Below, piece after piece: positions 1-14,600 of a stretch of 64,000 nucleotides of DNA (the first letter of the stretch is position 1; the number at the start of each line of letters is the position of its first letter). Source of the stretch: Cycas panzhihuaensis (lineage: Eukaryota > Plantae > Cycadophyta). Made by a program: the position numbers and the translations under genes. Under the pieces are notes generated by a model. It ran no database searches. It was not told where the DNA came from and was given only the letters and a program-made list of their open reading frames with translations. Where the stretch lies: assembly GCA_023213395.1 (NCBI GenBank), contig CM041465.1:4278001-4342000 (forward strand). Direction: 5' to 3'.

Positions 1-1225
1 ATGATAACCTTAGGTTTGAGGGATTCAAAAGTATATTAAATGATATTAGAATGATATAAAACTTTACAAGTATAAAGATAAATAAAATGTGAACCCAGTG
101 GAATAGACTGTTCTGAAAAGGGATTCCTAGAAATCAAGTTTTAGTGAATCAAAGGTATAGGCCTTGTTTTGAGGCTAAACAGGAGCAGGGGGTCAAAATG
201 CTAACAAAATACTTATAGAATGCTGTAAGGTGACCAAATATTATTTATAAAATTATTCAATATACTTTCAATTGAAATTTTTTGAAAATATATATTAAAA
301 AATGTGTAAAAATAGCAAATTTGAGGCAATAAAGTACCTCTACTTTGAATGATTTGAAAATCAGTAAAAATATGTCAAAATGTATAAAAAATTATGTCAA
401 ATCGAAAAGAATTAAGTCATATTCCAAAACAAACTAATGGAATTAAAATCTGATACAAAATAAAAAAGTTATAGCAAAAATGGTAACATGTATCTTTATG
501 TAAAAATGTTAAGAAACAGCTAAAAACAACTAAATTCTCACTTTTAGCAATTAAAATACTAATGAAAATGAATTCAAAAAATTAAAATAAGAAGTGGGTA
601 TTAAAGTTTGTAGAACTTAGATTGCTATAGAAGAAATCCAGGTAGAAAATAATTTACCAGTAATAAATTATAGTCGGTTCTAAAAGTGATTTTGTTAAAA
701 ATGTGAAAAAGGCTAAAAATTTGAATGTCTGACATTAAATTGGCCAAAACAGGGTCAAATTAGTACCAAATTGGTCATATGACTAGTCAAAATTAGTGTA
801 CAGAAAATTTCTGATCTAATGGAACTAGTTTTGTCTGAAACCAATGCTCCATCAAAGAGTTATGGTAAAAAAATGCCAATAACCCTATAAAAAATAAAAA
901 ATTAGAAAAAATAAAAATAAAATGTTTTATAAAAAATGAAATAGCCCCTTTTTGAAGTGACTAACAGTCACGTGATAGTGAAATAGAACCAGGGGATGAA
1001 AGTGAAAGGGGATTAAGAGTTTTAAAAGCGTGGAATTAAAAATATATTAAATATAATTAAATTTTATCTTTTAAACGAAAACATTATGCCGCCATAATTG
1101 CAGATGAGCGACCTGCACTATAAGAAAATAATATAATATATAAAACAATTATAAAATATGGGACACCAGAGTCGGGCGTACTTATATGTACCTATATAAA
1201 TAAAAACGACGGAAGAGATAGTCAT

Positions 1226-1775
1226 TGTTATTAAAAACTATTGGTTCAACTCAACAAAGGATGAAGAGCGCCTGCACGTTGACGCCACCGTACTCTCTCC
1301 CAATGCAGTGTTATTAATGCTGCTGTGTATGAAGCTGCACGCCACACTCAACCCAACGCGAGATGACTGTTAAATAATAACTGTGCACCACATCACCCAA
1401 CGCAATAAACGCAACCAAACATAAGCGGGACGCAATAAACGCAAACATTGTTATTAAGAGAAGATCACACCAACGGGGACACAACCGTATAGAATCCTCA
1501 AATGAGCCACTAAAGCGCTGTTAATGTGGCTAGCTGCGCGCCACTGGATAGACGCATAGCGCTATTATCTAGCTGCGCTGCGAGCATGGCACCAGAGATG
1601 AAGAAGGAACTGCGGACATGCAATATAGCGATGTTATCTAGCTGCACTCTCACCATGCCTGCCACTGAAATAGCACCCAACGCGAACGCGAATCTCAAAT
1701 GCACAAGATGTTGTTATTCCTAGCTGCGCGCCACTGTGGGTAAACGTAGAAGACACTGTTATTCCTAGCTGCACG
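1226..1775. repeat. CpG-rich patch with short dispersed repeats (CTAGCTGC core x5; TGTTATTAA, ACCCAACGC)
   Basis: CTAGCTGC at 1530, 1569, 1638, 1720 and 1765, mostly preceded by TGTTAT(TC). Many intact CpGs, unlike the decayed elements downstream. Confidence 0.6.
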
Positions 1776-3531
1776 AACAGGGAAAAATACGTTGGAAGCT
1801 ATCTTTGAAGATGACCCCTCCAATGGCGAGAGGTATTTTTTAGATGTAGAGATGATGAATGCCAATCAGGACATTGCACCGTTGCAGATGATCAATTGGA
1901 GGATGGCAATCTTGAACCATGTGCTACTTCTGGAATTGATATCCTTGAGCCTTATGGCCACAAGGATGCAAGTCTTCTTTATGGAGAAAATTATTTAGAC
2001 AAAGCATCCAACAATGCAAAGCATGCTACTCAAAGTAGGCGTTCTAGAAGGAAATGACATAAGAAAAAGAAGAACCATATAAATAGCATTGCCAACATTA
2101 ACAGGTTTGTGATTGACATAAGTAGGTGCTTACAGGAGCCAAAGTCTTACCTTGTTTGGGAAGCAGTCAGGAACCTTGGAGTTTATGTAGTCAAGGGTTT
2201 TATAGAGGAGGTGTATACCATTGACAGTTCTGGAGGGCAGATGACAGCTGATGGGAAACATCGTTGTACAACTAGAGGAATACTCTAGAATATTTTGAAG
2301 TCATATGAGTCAGATGCATATAAGGAAATTATGCTGAAAGGGAAGCAATTTGAGAAGCAACTTCGGAAAGACAACGGTAAATGGCATGCCACAGATTTGG
2401 ATGGGAAGTTGTGGAATTAAGAAGGATCAATGAAGAGTTGCAACATGAAAAATGAGAGTTCACAGTGAAATTGGATGTTGAATATACAAAAAACTTAGAC
2501 CCAATACACAAGATACACCATGTATCTATGGTGTGTGCTCTAAGATTTATGACACCCAGTTCATGTATTATCTTTAGATCGAAAGTATGATCTAAAATAT
2601 TCAAGAAAAATGTTGCATCTTTAGAATACAATTTGAGTGCCTCGTTTTCGTTTCCCTTTTTTGTTGTACGTATATCAAAAAGTGTGTAGAACTTTAAAAA
2701 TCTAAACTCTAAAACTCTGAAGAACTTGTTGTTTCAAGAAATATTCTACTAATCTACCAATTTATTCTTTATTTCTATTTGTGTTCAATCTATTGTTGAA
2801 AAAATGCAATGATTTTGTATGTACACATAAATCTCATAGAAATTTCTTCAAATAATAATAGTAAAACAACTTAATGGAGTAATATACTCATATAATAGAG
2901 TCATAATATTAATAGATTTTTCAAATATTTCGAAGAGAATATATCATAAAAAATGCTTATATATTTGTATTTAAAAAAATTTCAAAGGAATATATTGAGC
3001 AGATATATAAAATATGTGTAAATTTGAAAATGGAACTGAAGAACCTAGAACATATAGTTGTAGCTGGCTTTGTAGCTGAAAATAAGCTTCAAAAGGTTCC
3101 AGTAAACAAATCTTCTTCCTCACACATCGAATATAGGCAGATCTACTACAACAAATGATTTGGTGGGCAAAATATGCACCCAAAAATTGTAGGTCTATAA
3201 AAACTTAAAAATATAGTCAAGAATATAATGAAAAATATAGATCTAAACTAAATGTAGCAGAAAATGCTGAAAAAACTTGATAAAATAAGTAGATCTATAG
3301 TTAAAAATAGCAAATCTGAAGTAACAAATTACAGATCTTTGAAGAAAACTTGATAACTTTTGTATGCAGTTGATGCTCTTTTGCAAATCTGCCAAAAATA
3401 TCAAATAAGTAGATAAAAAACTCGTAAACTGTCAAAATATATGATAAATCTGTAGATCTAAAGAGAAAATAACTCAAATATGAGAATAAAACTTGAATGT
3501 ATATAACTTGTTGCTGAATCAGTAATCGTTT

Positions 3532-3999
3532 GCTCTGATACCAAATGTTGGAAATAGAATGTAGCTAAACTGCTTTGATACTAAATGTTGGAATATATTT
3601 GCAGGAGAACAGGGCAGAACATATATCAAATAACCATAAACTAATATTGCATCAATACATCAATGTATCATAATCACAATAGCATAAACATATGAAAGTA
3701 TTATTGTTCAATCCATTGTAGCAGAAATGAGCATTACAAATTTCTCAAATGATGGCGGTGTCTAAAGACACTAGGGTTGTACACCCCATAATATAAATAG
3801 TTTTGGGGGAGGAGGGAAACTCCTCAACCCTTGAATTCAAATTAATAATAAAATAATGTAACTTAACTCAAATAAACTAACTCAAATTAACATTAAATTA
3901 CCTTAACTTACCTTGACATGTTGAGCATCACATGTCTAAATTGAGGTGCACAATCCTAGTAGGTAAGAGGGAGTTGAGTGATGACATTACACTCCAATA
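3532..3999 (-). mobile_element. 5' LTR (~414 bp) plus duplicated tRNA-iMet PBS of an LTR element running leftwards; internal region unassigned
   Basis: gctctgatacca (reverse complement of TGGTATCAGAGC) at 3532-3543 followed by aa-TGTTGGAA. Degenerate repeat gctttgatacta-aa-TGTTGGAA at 3572-3593. Candidate far end ..actccaata at 3999 (T[G>A]TTGGAG on minus). Confidence 0.6.
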
Positions 4000-5049
4000 A
4001 AAAATCTAGGCTAAAAGATCAACCTTTTATAGGATTCAAAGGCATCAACTATATAGAATAGAGCTCTTCCTCTTCACCTTAATTCATAGTTTTTTCCCTC
4101 CCATTCTTTAGAGCAATCAAGATTCCTTCCAAAAGGTACATGTATCATTCCTCATCTTTTGGTGACAGTCCTATGATTCCTTCTTAGTTTTTTCTTCTTT
4201 ACTACATGTTTTAAAGGGAAAATTTGATGAAAGATTGGTCAATAAGGGGAATATTGCTATCTTGAGGCACAAACATGGTAGCCTTCATTGAGTATTCTTG
4301 TGGTTGTTTAGAATGTTTTCCTTGATTTTTCATTTTTTATCTCTTCTTTATAAAACATACTCAAATAGGAAAGAGTAAGAAGATTGAACTTTACATATCC
4401 ATTTTTACTCTCTTCTTCTATATGAAATAGAATGAGTTTATATTTTTTTTTGTCGCATGTGATTTTAGCAATTGTGAGATCTTTCTAAGCTCTCATATTG
4501 GCTTCTTAAAGGATTATATGAATAAACTTTTACTTTTATATTAATGGAAACACTTGCACATTGTACTTTATGAGTTGCTACCTTGTTTTAGAACTTTTTC
4601 ATAATTAACAAGTTGTAAATCCTATTAGATAACTTTGCATACAAGTGGAAGAGTTTTACAAGGAGCTATATATGTATTCAACCTTTGTTAATTGGCATGT
4701 ATGAGAGCTTTCCTTATAAAGTTAGTTTTTTAAATCCTTTCATTTAAAACAAGAGTTTTACTTTAAGAGTTTTGAAACAAGTTTTATTTGGTTTTAAATA
4801 TTTTTTTCTTTAACAAAAAGGAAAAGAAAATGTGTGCTTTCTTATCTTAATTAGTTTGATGGTATGATTTTCTTTAGTTTAGTTAGTACTCTTTTTTATA
4901 TAAATTAATATTATAAAGTGTATGATATTATCAGTGTTTGATAACTTTTCCTTTAACCAAGTAAACTTAAAATATTGAATGTTATAAAGGAAGGAATAAA
5001 AAAAAAGAAAACATTGTTAGTATATCTCTAACCCTAGATCTGCTCTACT

Positions 5050-7679
5050 GGACTATGTAGGCTAGTGTATTCCTTCACTAAGTTCCATTCATATACCTTA
5101 GCCTATTATTCTCTATACCAAAAATCACACAACCAAGTGGAGACTCCTTCTTAAGAGTTGGTAAAGTAGTCCTAGGGTTCTTATAGGTTGACATATCTCC
5201 TAATATTTAGTTGAAATAAAAGAAATATAAAGTTATTAAGAAGTACTTGACCTAGATTGATTCCCAAACACCTAGTTCTCTAGATGATACATGCACAATC
5301 ATCATTATTCTATTAGATAATGATGTAGGTTAAATGTTTGGTCTTATTAAGGAAATTTTGGGCACTCTATTATAAATTCTACTTTCATTATGTTTCCCAT
5401 GGAGATAGACACTCATTAAGCCTTATTTATGTGTGATCTTGTAGGCTAGATGCATACATATCAATAAGAGTGTGTTGATTAAGGGATAGTAAAACTCAAT
5501 TTTATATGGCCTAAAATTCGTAACTTTATACTTTAATTAATAATGTATTCTCAAGATAGGTAAGTTAACTAAAGAAGGATTAGTTCTAGGTATCTTTATA
5601 TTAGCCAAAGAAGCGTTTTAAAAATGAGTTTCATGATTGGTTGGTGGGATTTTCGCATCGCCATTAACAAAAATAATGATATACTTTGCCTTTAAGTTGA
5701 GGATAAGCAAATATAAGTTTTTAATTAAGGGGTAGAAGATTGAGGCTAAAGTAAGACTCTAACTTGTTGATTTATCTTTATTCAGATTACTTATTAAGAT
5801 CATGGTAAAAAGTGAGAATAGTAATCTTTTGATGGAGTGGATGATGATGTGTTAGAGGAATAAGAAGGGGAGGTAAAGGTGGAGGTAAGATGTGATCTTA
5901 ATTTAAGGATGATGCTATACTGGACATCTATTTCAACGTATTAGATATTTTCATTAATAGTTTTACCATCTCCTTTATTATGTTAGTGGTAGAGTCATTC
6001 AAATTATTAAACTAATCATTTAAATTACTACATTAAGTCTCCATTGTTACATGTTGATCTACTTGAGTAGGAGCTATTAGATCAGCTACTAAAATAATTT
6101 AAGAGAAAGGCACTTTAAGAAAGGGGGTTAAGAAAGAAGAAGAGGGTTTCAAAGGAAGAAGGGAGTTAAATAGAAAGAATGGGATTAAAGAGTTAGGAGA
6201 TGATGTATAGGGGTGGGAGGGGGTGTTTATATCCTATTAACTACTTATAAACCTCTACAAGTTGTCTTTAGGCTATTTCCCTAAAAAAACTTTATAATGA
6301 CCTCACTTAGTGTACTAAGGCAGGTGTGAAGATCTTATTAGGATGATGTAGGTGAGATTATGTGTGAAATTTTGGCTATGGGATCCATGGGCTACCTATA
6401 TGTTGTTTTTCACTAAAATTTAGGGTTGAAACCAACCTACTGAAAATTATCAATGTGATGTACTTATTAAAATAAGGTAAACAAAATATAAGGGTAAGAT
6501 TTTCAATCTAGTATCTAGTGATGAGGGTTTTTTAAGTCTACTATTAAAGGTTGGATAGGATAAAATCTATAAACAATGATTTTGAATAGTTGTAATAGTT
6601 AAAATTTAGATAGCCTATTTTTAGACAAACTTTGACCCAACAATTACGGTTTGTATGCCCTCCTATAAACTTATCTATTATTAATAATTCCTAGCTAAAT
6701 ATCTTAAGGAACTAACTATGGAGGGTTACCATACCTATAGTTTCACTATCTATATCTAAGGTGTTTGTAAGGGTAACTTCCTAGTGCTAACTACTAATTA
6801 GTGCACTACAAGGTTATAAGCAAGTGTCTATTTACCTATTCTAGGTTATAGGAAGAAAACTATAGGGGTCCCCCTATACTCAAGGGTATATAGAAACTTA
6901 ATTTCATACATGGTTATTATCTAAAGCCTTAATATTAGTAGATGAATTATCTTACTTCATGTGTTGGCATATACCCAAGTATATTTAGCTAGAAATAATT
7001 AGCTTCTCATGTATATTTTAAAACCCATAGAATAGTATTTCTACTTAGAGATCTATAGAGGAATGGAAAAAATAAAGGTTACAAACAAATAGCGGTTCTT
7101 TATATAACCTTTACAAAAGATAATATAATAGTACAAAGTTTCTTTTTTTTTCTCTTTTCCATTTATAAAAATAATAAGAGAAAGGGGGCATGAAATATCA
7201 CCAATGGGAAATAAAAAAGAATTCCATATTTTGCTTCTTTCAACTTGATTTCATTTATACTTCACTTTTGAGTTCACCTTGTTATTATAGAAAGGATCTT
7301 TGAGCCAAGATCTGATATGAGTTGGGACATACCTATCCCAATAATTGCCATAAATTATGCAAAAGAAATAACTCAAAGGACATAATACATATGATCCGAA
7401 TATATCAAATCAATTTTATTAATAGAAAGAAATTGAATACATAATAGAGCACCAAAGAGAACCAAATGTAGTATCACATTACACTAAGTATACAATATTT
7501 GAAATATAAAATAAACCATACTCTACTTTTATAATGCCTTATATAAATAAGAGTGGCCTCTCTATAAGAATACCATTAGAAGGAGTAAACGACCAATATA
7601 CATGTTAATGGATAGAACTAATTATTATGTTATATATTTATGTAAACTAGCAGATAGATCTTGTAGCTAAGATAGTTAT
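5050..7679 (-). mobile_element. Decayed Ty3/gypsy chromovirus Z: gag remnant, 5' leader, PBS and 5' LTR (repeated in units 2 and 3)
   Basis: Minus-strand ..NKLESYFSLNLLP..KGKVYHYF..WRCENPT.. (~5600-5780) resembles retrotrans-gag. 6770-6900 aligns with the leader of element F (54660-54790: gtaacttcc..gctaac..gtgcactacaa). Degenerate PBS gatctgatatga at 7309-7320. LTR from 7323 with a terminus similar to the A and F LTR ends. Confidence 0.7.
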
Positions 7680-8075
7680 TATTATATGACCACATGCAGT
7701 TAATGAAACCAAGTAGCAAGCACTCATGCTTAAGGAACTAGGAGGTTAAGTGATAATCATTAACTTTTGTCTATGGGCTTTTAAAGCCACCAATGAGTTA
7801 TAAGGTCATTTGGGACATTAATAGGATTATAGGGAAAATGCTCTTTTGTGTCCATTTAAGAGTAATAAATTATAAAGAGAGGTTGTTATGTAATTATTTT
7901 CTCTTGAGACATTAGTACTGTAGTACTCTTTAGTTCTCTTTTGTATTTATCTACTCTCTTTGGTGTACTTCACTTCTATATTTGACTTTTATTAATAATA
8001 CAAGTGCTACAATTTCCTACTTATCTTTCCATTATTATTTTTTAGTGTGAGAATAAGTGGGATAGTCATATCCTA
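7680..8075 (+). repeat. Copy of Gypsy A 5' LTR in tandem unit 1, followed by degenerate PBS
   Basis: 396 bp, homologous to 57346-57733; followed by ag-TAGTATCAAATCTAGGTT (cf. TGGTATCAGAGCCAGGTT). Confidence 0.8.
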
Positions 8076-11000
8076 AGTAGTATCAAATCTAGGTTTTAAA
8101 TCTAGCAAAAGTAGTATGTTCGAAGGAAGCTAAAGAAGAAGGGAAATATTTACCCCGGTATATCATTATAAATCTTTCTGTATAAGTTCTATTTTATTTC
8201 AAGTTCTATTTAATTTTAATGAAAATCTAACAAGCTACAAGCAGGCAATAAAGTCCCACCATATCCATCTCCTTTCTCCTATTGGTTAGATAGAGACCCT
8301 ATATTAAAGGTCTTTCCTTATAAAGTTAGTTTTTTAAATCCTTTCATTTAAAACAAGAGTTTTACTTTAAGAGTTTTGAAAGAAGTTTTATTTAGTTTTA
8401 AATGTTTTTTTCTTTAACAAAAAGGAAAAGAAAATGTGTGCTTTCCTATCTTAATTAGTTTGATGGTATGATTTTCTTTAGTTTAGTTAGTACTCTTTTT
8501 TATATAAATTAATCTTATGAAGTGTATGATATTATGAGTGTTTGATAACTTTTCCTTTAACTAAGTAAACTTAAAATATTGAATGTTATAAAGGAAGGAA
8601 TAAAAAAAAAAAAAACATTGTTAGTATAGCTCTAACCCCAGATCTGCTCTACTGGACTATGTAGGCTAGTGTATTCCTTCACTAAGTTCCATTCATATAC
8701 CTTAGCCTATTATTCTCTATACCAAAAATCACACAACCAAGTGGAGACTCCTTATTAAGAGTTGGTAAAAGTAGTCCTAGGGTTCTTATAGGTTGACATA
8801 TCTCCTAATATTTAGTTGAAATAAAAGAAATATAAAGTTATTAAGAAGTACTTGACCTAGATTGATTCCCAAACACCTAGTTCTCTAGATGATACATGCA
8901 CAATCATCATTATTCTATTAGATAATGATGTAGGTTAAATGTTTGGTCTTATTAAGGAAATTTTGGGCACTCTATTATAAATTCTACTTTCATTATGTTT
9001 CCCATGGAGATAGACACTCATTAAGCCTTATTTATGTGTGATCTTGTAGGCTAGATGCATACATATCAATAAGAGTGTGTTGATTAAGGGATAGTAAAAC
9101 TCAATTTTATATGGCCTAAAATTCGTAACTTTATACTTTAATTAATAATGTATTCTCAAGATAGGTAAGTTAACTAAAGAAGGATTAGTTCTAGGTATCT
9201 TTATATTAGCCAAAGAAGCGTTTTAAAAATGAGTTTCATGATTGGTTGGTGGGATTTTCGCATCGCCATTAACAAAAATAATGATATACTTTGCCTTTAA
9301 GTTGAGGATAAGCAAATATAAGTTTTAATTAAGGGGTAGAAGATTGAGGCTAAAGTAAGACTCTAACTTGTTGATTTATCTTTATTCAGATTACTTATTA
9401 AGATCATGGTAAAAAGTGAGAATAGTAATCTTTTGATGGAGTGGATGATGATGTGTTAGAGGAATAAGAAGGGGAGGTAAAGGTGGAGGTAAGATGTGAT
9501 CTTAATTTAAGGATGATGCTATACTGGACATCTATTTCAACGTATTAGATATTTTCATTAATAGTTTTACCATCTCCTTTATTATGTTAGTGGTAGAGTC
9601 ATTCAAATTATTAAACTAATCATTTAAATTACTACATTAAGTCTCCATTGTTACACGTTGATCTACTTGAGTAGGAGCTATTAGATCAGCTACTAAAATA
9701 ATTTAAGAGAAAGGCACTTTAAGAAAGGGGGTTAAGAAAGAAGAAGAGGGTTTCAAAGGAAGAAGGGAGTTAAATAGAAAGAATGGGATTAAAGAGTTAG
9801 GAGATGATGTATAGGGGTGGGAGGGGGTGTTTATATCCTATTAACTACTTATAAACCTCTACAAGTTGTCTTTAGGCTATTTCCCTAAAAAAACTTTATA
9901 ATGACCTCACTTAGTGTACTAAGGCAGGTGTGAAGATCTTATTAGGATGATGTAGGTGAGATTATGTGTGAAATTTTGGCTATGGGATCCATGGGCTACC
10001 TATATGTTGTTTTTCACTAAAATTTAGGGTTGAAACCAACCTACTGAAAATTATCAATGTGATGTACTTATTAAAATAAGGTAAACAAAATATAAGGGTA
10101 AGATTTTCAATCTAGTATCTAGTGATGAGGGTTTTTTAAGTCTACTATTAAAGGTTGGATAGGATAAAATCTATAAACAATGATTTTGAATAGTTGTAAT
10201 AGTTAAAATTTAGATAGCCTATTTTTAGACAAACTTTTGACCCAACAATTACCTGGTTTGTATGCCCTCCTATAAACTTATCTATTATTAATAATTCCTA
10301 GCTAAATATCTTAAGGAACTAACTATGGAGGGTTACCATACCTATAGTTTCACTATCTATATCTAAGGTGTTTGTAAAGGGTAACTTCCTAGTGCTAACT
10401 ACTAATTAGTGCACTACAAGGTTATAAGCAAGTGTCTATTTACCTATTCTAGGTTATAGGAAGAAAACTATAGGGGTCCCCCTATACTCAAGGGTATATA
10501 GAAACTTAATTTCATACATGGTTATTATCTAAAGCCTTAATATTAGTAGATGAATTATCTTACTTCATGTGTTGGCATATACCCAAGTATATTTAGCTAG
10601 AAATAATTAGCTTCTTATGTATATTTTAAAACCCATAGAATAGTATTTCTACTTAGAGATCTATAGAGGAATGGAAAAAATAAAGGTTACAAACAAATAG
10701 CGGTTCTTTATATAACCTTTACAAAAGATAATATAATAGTACAAAGTTTCTTTTTTTTTCTCTTTTCCATTTATAAAAATAATAAGAGAAAGGGGGCATG
10801 AAATATCACCAATGGGAAATAAAAAAGAATTCCATATTTTGCTTCTTTCAACTTGATTTCATTTATACTTCACTTTTGAGTTCACCTTGTTATTATAGAA
10901 AGGATCTTTGAGCCAAGATCTGATATGAGTTGGGACATACCTATCCTAATAATTGCCATAAATTATGCAAAAGAAATAACTCAAAGGACATAATACATAT

Positions 11001-11287
11001 GATCCGAATATATAAAATCAATTTTATTAATAGAAAGAAATTGAATACATAATAGAGCACCAAAGAGAACCAAATGTAGTATCACATTACACTAAGTATA
11101 CAATATTTGAAATATAAAATAAACCATACTCTACTTTTATAATGCCTTATATAAATAAGAGTGGCCTCTCTATAAGAATACCATTAGAAGGAGTAAACGA
11201 CCAATATACATGTTAATGGATAGAACTAATTATTATGTTATATATTTATGTAAACTAGCAGATAGATCTTGTAGCTAAGATAGTTAT

Positions 11288-11683
11288 TATTATATGACCA
11301 CATGCAGTTAATGAAACCAAGTAGTAAGCACTCATGCTTAAGGAACTAGGAGGTTAAGTGATAATCATTAACTTTTGTCTATGGGCTATTAAAGCCACCA
11401 ATGAGTTATAAGGTCATTTGGGACACTAATAGGATTATAGGGAAAATGATCTTTTGTGTCCATTTAAGAGTAATAAATTATAAAGAAAGGTTGTTATATA
11501 ATTATTTTCTCTTGAGACATTAGTACTGTAGTACTCTTTAGTTCTCTTTTGTGTTTATCTACTCTCTTTGGTGTACTTCACTTCTATATTTGACTTTTAT
11601 TAATAATACAAGTGCTACAATTTCCTACTTATCTTTCCATTATTATTTTTTAGTGTGAGAATAAGTGGGATAGTCATATCCTA
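11288..11683 (+). repeat. Copy of Gypsy A 5' LTR in tandem unit 2
   Basis: Near-identical to 7680-8075 and 14917-15312. Confidence 0.8.
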
Positions 11684-14600
11684 AGTAGTATCAAATCTAG
11701 GTTTTAAATCTAGCAAAAGTAGTATGTTCGAAGGAAGCTAAAGAAGAAGGGAAATATTTACCCCGGTATATCATTATAAATCTTTCTGTATAAGTTCTAT
11801 TTTATTTCAAGTTCTATTTAATTTTAATGAAAATCTAACAAGCTACAAGCAGGCAATAAAGTCCCACCATATCCATCTCCTTTCTCCTATTGGTTAGATA
11901 GAGACCCTATATTAAAGGTCTTTCCTTATAAAGTTAGTTTTTTAAATCCTTTCATTTAAAACAAGAGTTTTACTTTAAGAGTTTTGAAAGAAGTCTTATT
12001 TAGTTTTAAATGTTTTTTTCTTTAACAAAAAGGAAAAGAAAATGTGTGCTTTCCTATCTTAATTAGTTTGATGGTATGATTTTCTTTAGTTTAGTTAGTA
12101 CTCTTTTTTATATAAATTAATCTTATGAAGTGTATGATATTATGAGTGTTTGATAACTTTTCCTTTAACCAAGTAAACTTAAAATATTGAATGTTATAAA
12201 GGAAGGAATAAAAAAAAAAAAACATTGTTAGTATAGCTCTAACCCCAGATCTGCTCTACTGGACTATGTAGGCTAGTGTATTCCTTCACTGAGTTCCATT
12301 CATATACCTTAGCCTATTATTCTCTATACCAAAAATCACATAACCAAGTGGAGACTCCTTCTTAAGAGTTGGTGAAAGTGGTCCTAGGGTTCTTATAGGT
12401 TGATATATCTCCTAATATTTAGTTGAAATAAAAGAAATATAAAGTTATTAAGAGGTACTTGACCTAGACTGATTCCCAAACACCTAGTTCTCTAAATGAT
12501 ACATGCAAAATCATCATTATACTATTAGATAATGATGTAGGTTAAATGTTTGGTCTTATTAAGGAAAATTTGGGCACTCTATTATAAATTCTACTTTCAT
12601 TATGTTTCCCATGGAGATAGACACTCTTAGAGTTGTTAGAGGAACCATTTTAAGCCTTATTTATGTGTGATCTTGTAGGCTAGATGCATACACATCAATA
12701 AGAGTGTGTTGATTAAGGGATAGTAAAACTCAATTTTGTATGGCCTAAAATTTGTAACTTTATACTTTAATTAATAATGTATTCTTAAGATAGTAAGTTA
12801 ACTAAAGAAGGATTGGTTCTAGGTATCTTTATATTGGCCAAAGAAGCATTTTAAAAATGAGTTTAATGATTGGTTGGTGGGATTTTCATATTGCCATTAA
12901 TAAAAATAATGACATACTTTGCCTTTAAGGTGAGGATAAGAAAAGAGGAGTTTTTAATTAAGGGGTAGAAGATTGAGGCTAAAGTAAGACTCTAACTTGT
13001 TAATTTATCTTTATTAGGATTACTTATTAAGATCATGGTAAAAAGTGAGAATAGTAATCTTTTGATGGAGTGGATGATGATGTGTTAGAGGAATAAGAAG
13101 GGAAGGTGAAGGTGGAGGTAAGATGTGAGCTTAATTTGAGGATGATGCTATACTGGACATCTATTTCAACATATTAGATATTTTCATTAATAGTTTTACC
13201 ATCTCCTTTATTATGTTAGTGGTAGAGTCATTCAAACTATTAAACCAATCATTTAAATTACTACATTAAGTATCCATTGTTACACTTCGATCTACATGAG
13301 TAGGAGCTATTAGATCAGCTACTAAAATAATTTAAGAGAAAGGCACTTTAAGAAAGGGGGTTAAGAAAGAAGAAGAGGGTTTCAAAGGAAGAAGGGAGTT
13401 AAATAGAAAGAATGGGATTAAAGAGTTGGGAGATGATGTATAGGGGTGGGAGGGGGTGTTTATATCCTATTAACTACTTATAAACCTCTACAAGTTGTCT
13501 TTAGACTATTTCCCTAAAAAAACTTTATAATGACCTCACTTAGTGTACTAAGGAAAGTGTGAAGATCTTATCAGGATGATGTAGGTGAGATTATATGTGA
13601 AATTTGGGCTATGGGATCCATTGGCTACCTATATGTTGTTTTTCACTAAAATTTAGGGTTTAAACTAACCTAATGCAAAATTATCAATGTGATGTACTTA
13701 TTAAAATAAGGTAAACAAAATATAAGGGTAAGATTTTCAATCTAGTATCTAGTGATGAGGGTTTTTTAAGTCTACTATTAAAGGTTTGGATAGGATAAAA
13801 TCTATAAACAATGATTTTGAATAGTTGTAATAGTTAAAATTTACATAGCCTATTTTTAGACAAACTTTTGACCCAACAATTACCTGGTTTGTATGCCCTC
13901 CTATAAACTTATCTATTATTAATAATTCCTAGCTAAATATCTTAAGGAACTAACTATGGAGGGTTACCATACCTATAGTTTCACTATCTATGTCTAAGGT
14001 GTTTGTAAAGGGTAACTTCCTAGTGCTAACTACTAATTAGTGCACTACAAGGTTATAAGCAAGTGTCTATTTACCTATTCTAGGTTATAGGAAGAAAACT
14101 ATAGGCCCCCCCCTATACTCAAGGGTATATGGAAGCTTAATTTCATACATGGTTATTATCTAAAGCCTTAATATTAGTAGATGAATTATCTTACTTCATG
14201 TGTTGGCATATACCCAAGTATATTTAGCTAGAAATAATTAGCTTCTCATGTATATTTTAAAACCCATAGAATAGTATTTCTACTTAGAGATCTATAGAGG
14301 AATGGAAAAAATAAAGGTTATAAACAAATAGTGGTTCTTTATATAACCTTTACAAAAGATAACATAATAGTACAAAGTTTTTTTTTTTTTCCTTTTTTAT
14401 TTATAAAAATAATAAGAGAAAGGGGGCGTGAAATATCACCAATGGGAAATAAAAAAGAATTCCACATTTTGCTTCTTTCAACTTGATTTCATTTATACTT
14501 CACTTTTGAGTTCACCTTGTTACTATAGAAAGGATCTTTGAGCTAAGATCTGATATGAGTTAAGACATACCTATCCTAATAATTGCCATAAACTATGCAA

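Noticed and set aside
1116-1128. CACTATAAGAAAA resembling an En/Spm (CACTA) terminal inverted repeat
   Set aside because: No matching opposite end or transposase seen. The preceding gagcgacctgcac recurs at ~1266, so it looks like part of a local repeat.
1510-3183. Short ORFs (64-100 aa) at the left end
   Set aside because: No recognisable domain in any frame I read; lengths are compatible with chance.
4000-5020. Possible additional solo LTR or insertion interrupting Z
   Set aside because: No convincing termini, TSD or second independent copy found.
7680-11683. Apparent young LTR retrotransposon bounded by near-identical 396-bp LTRs
   Set aside because: Identity extends through both flanks and there is no TSD or PPT; it is a product of the tandem triplication.
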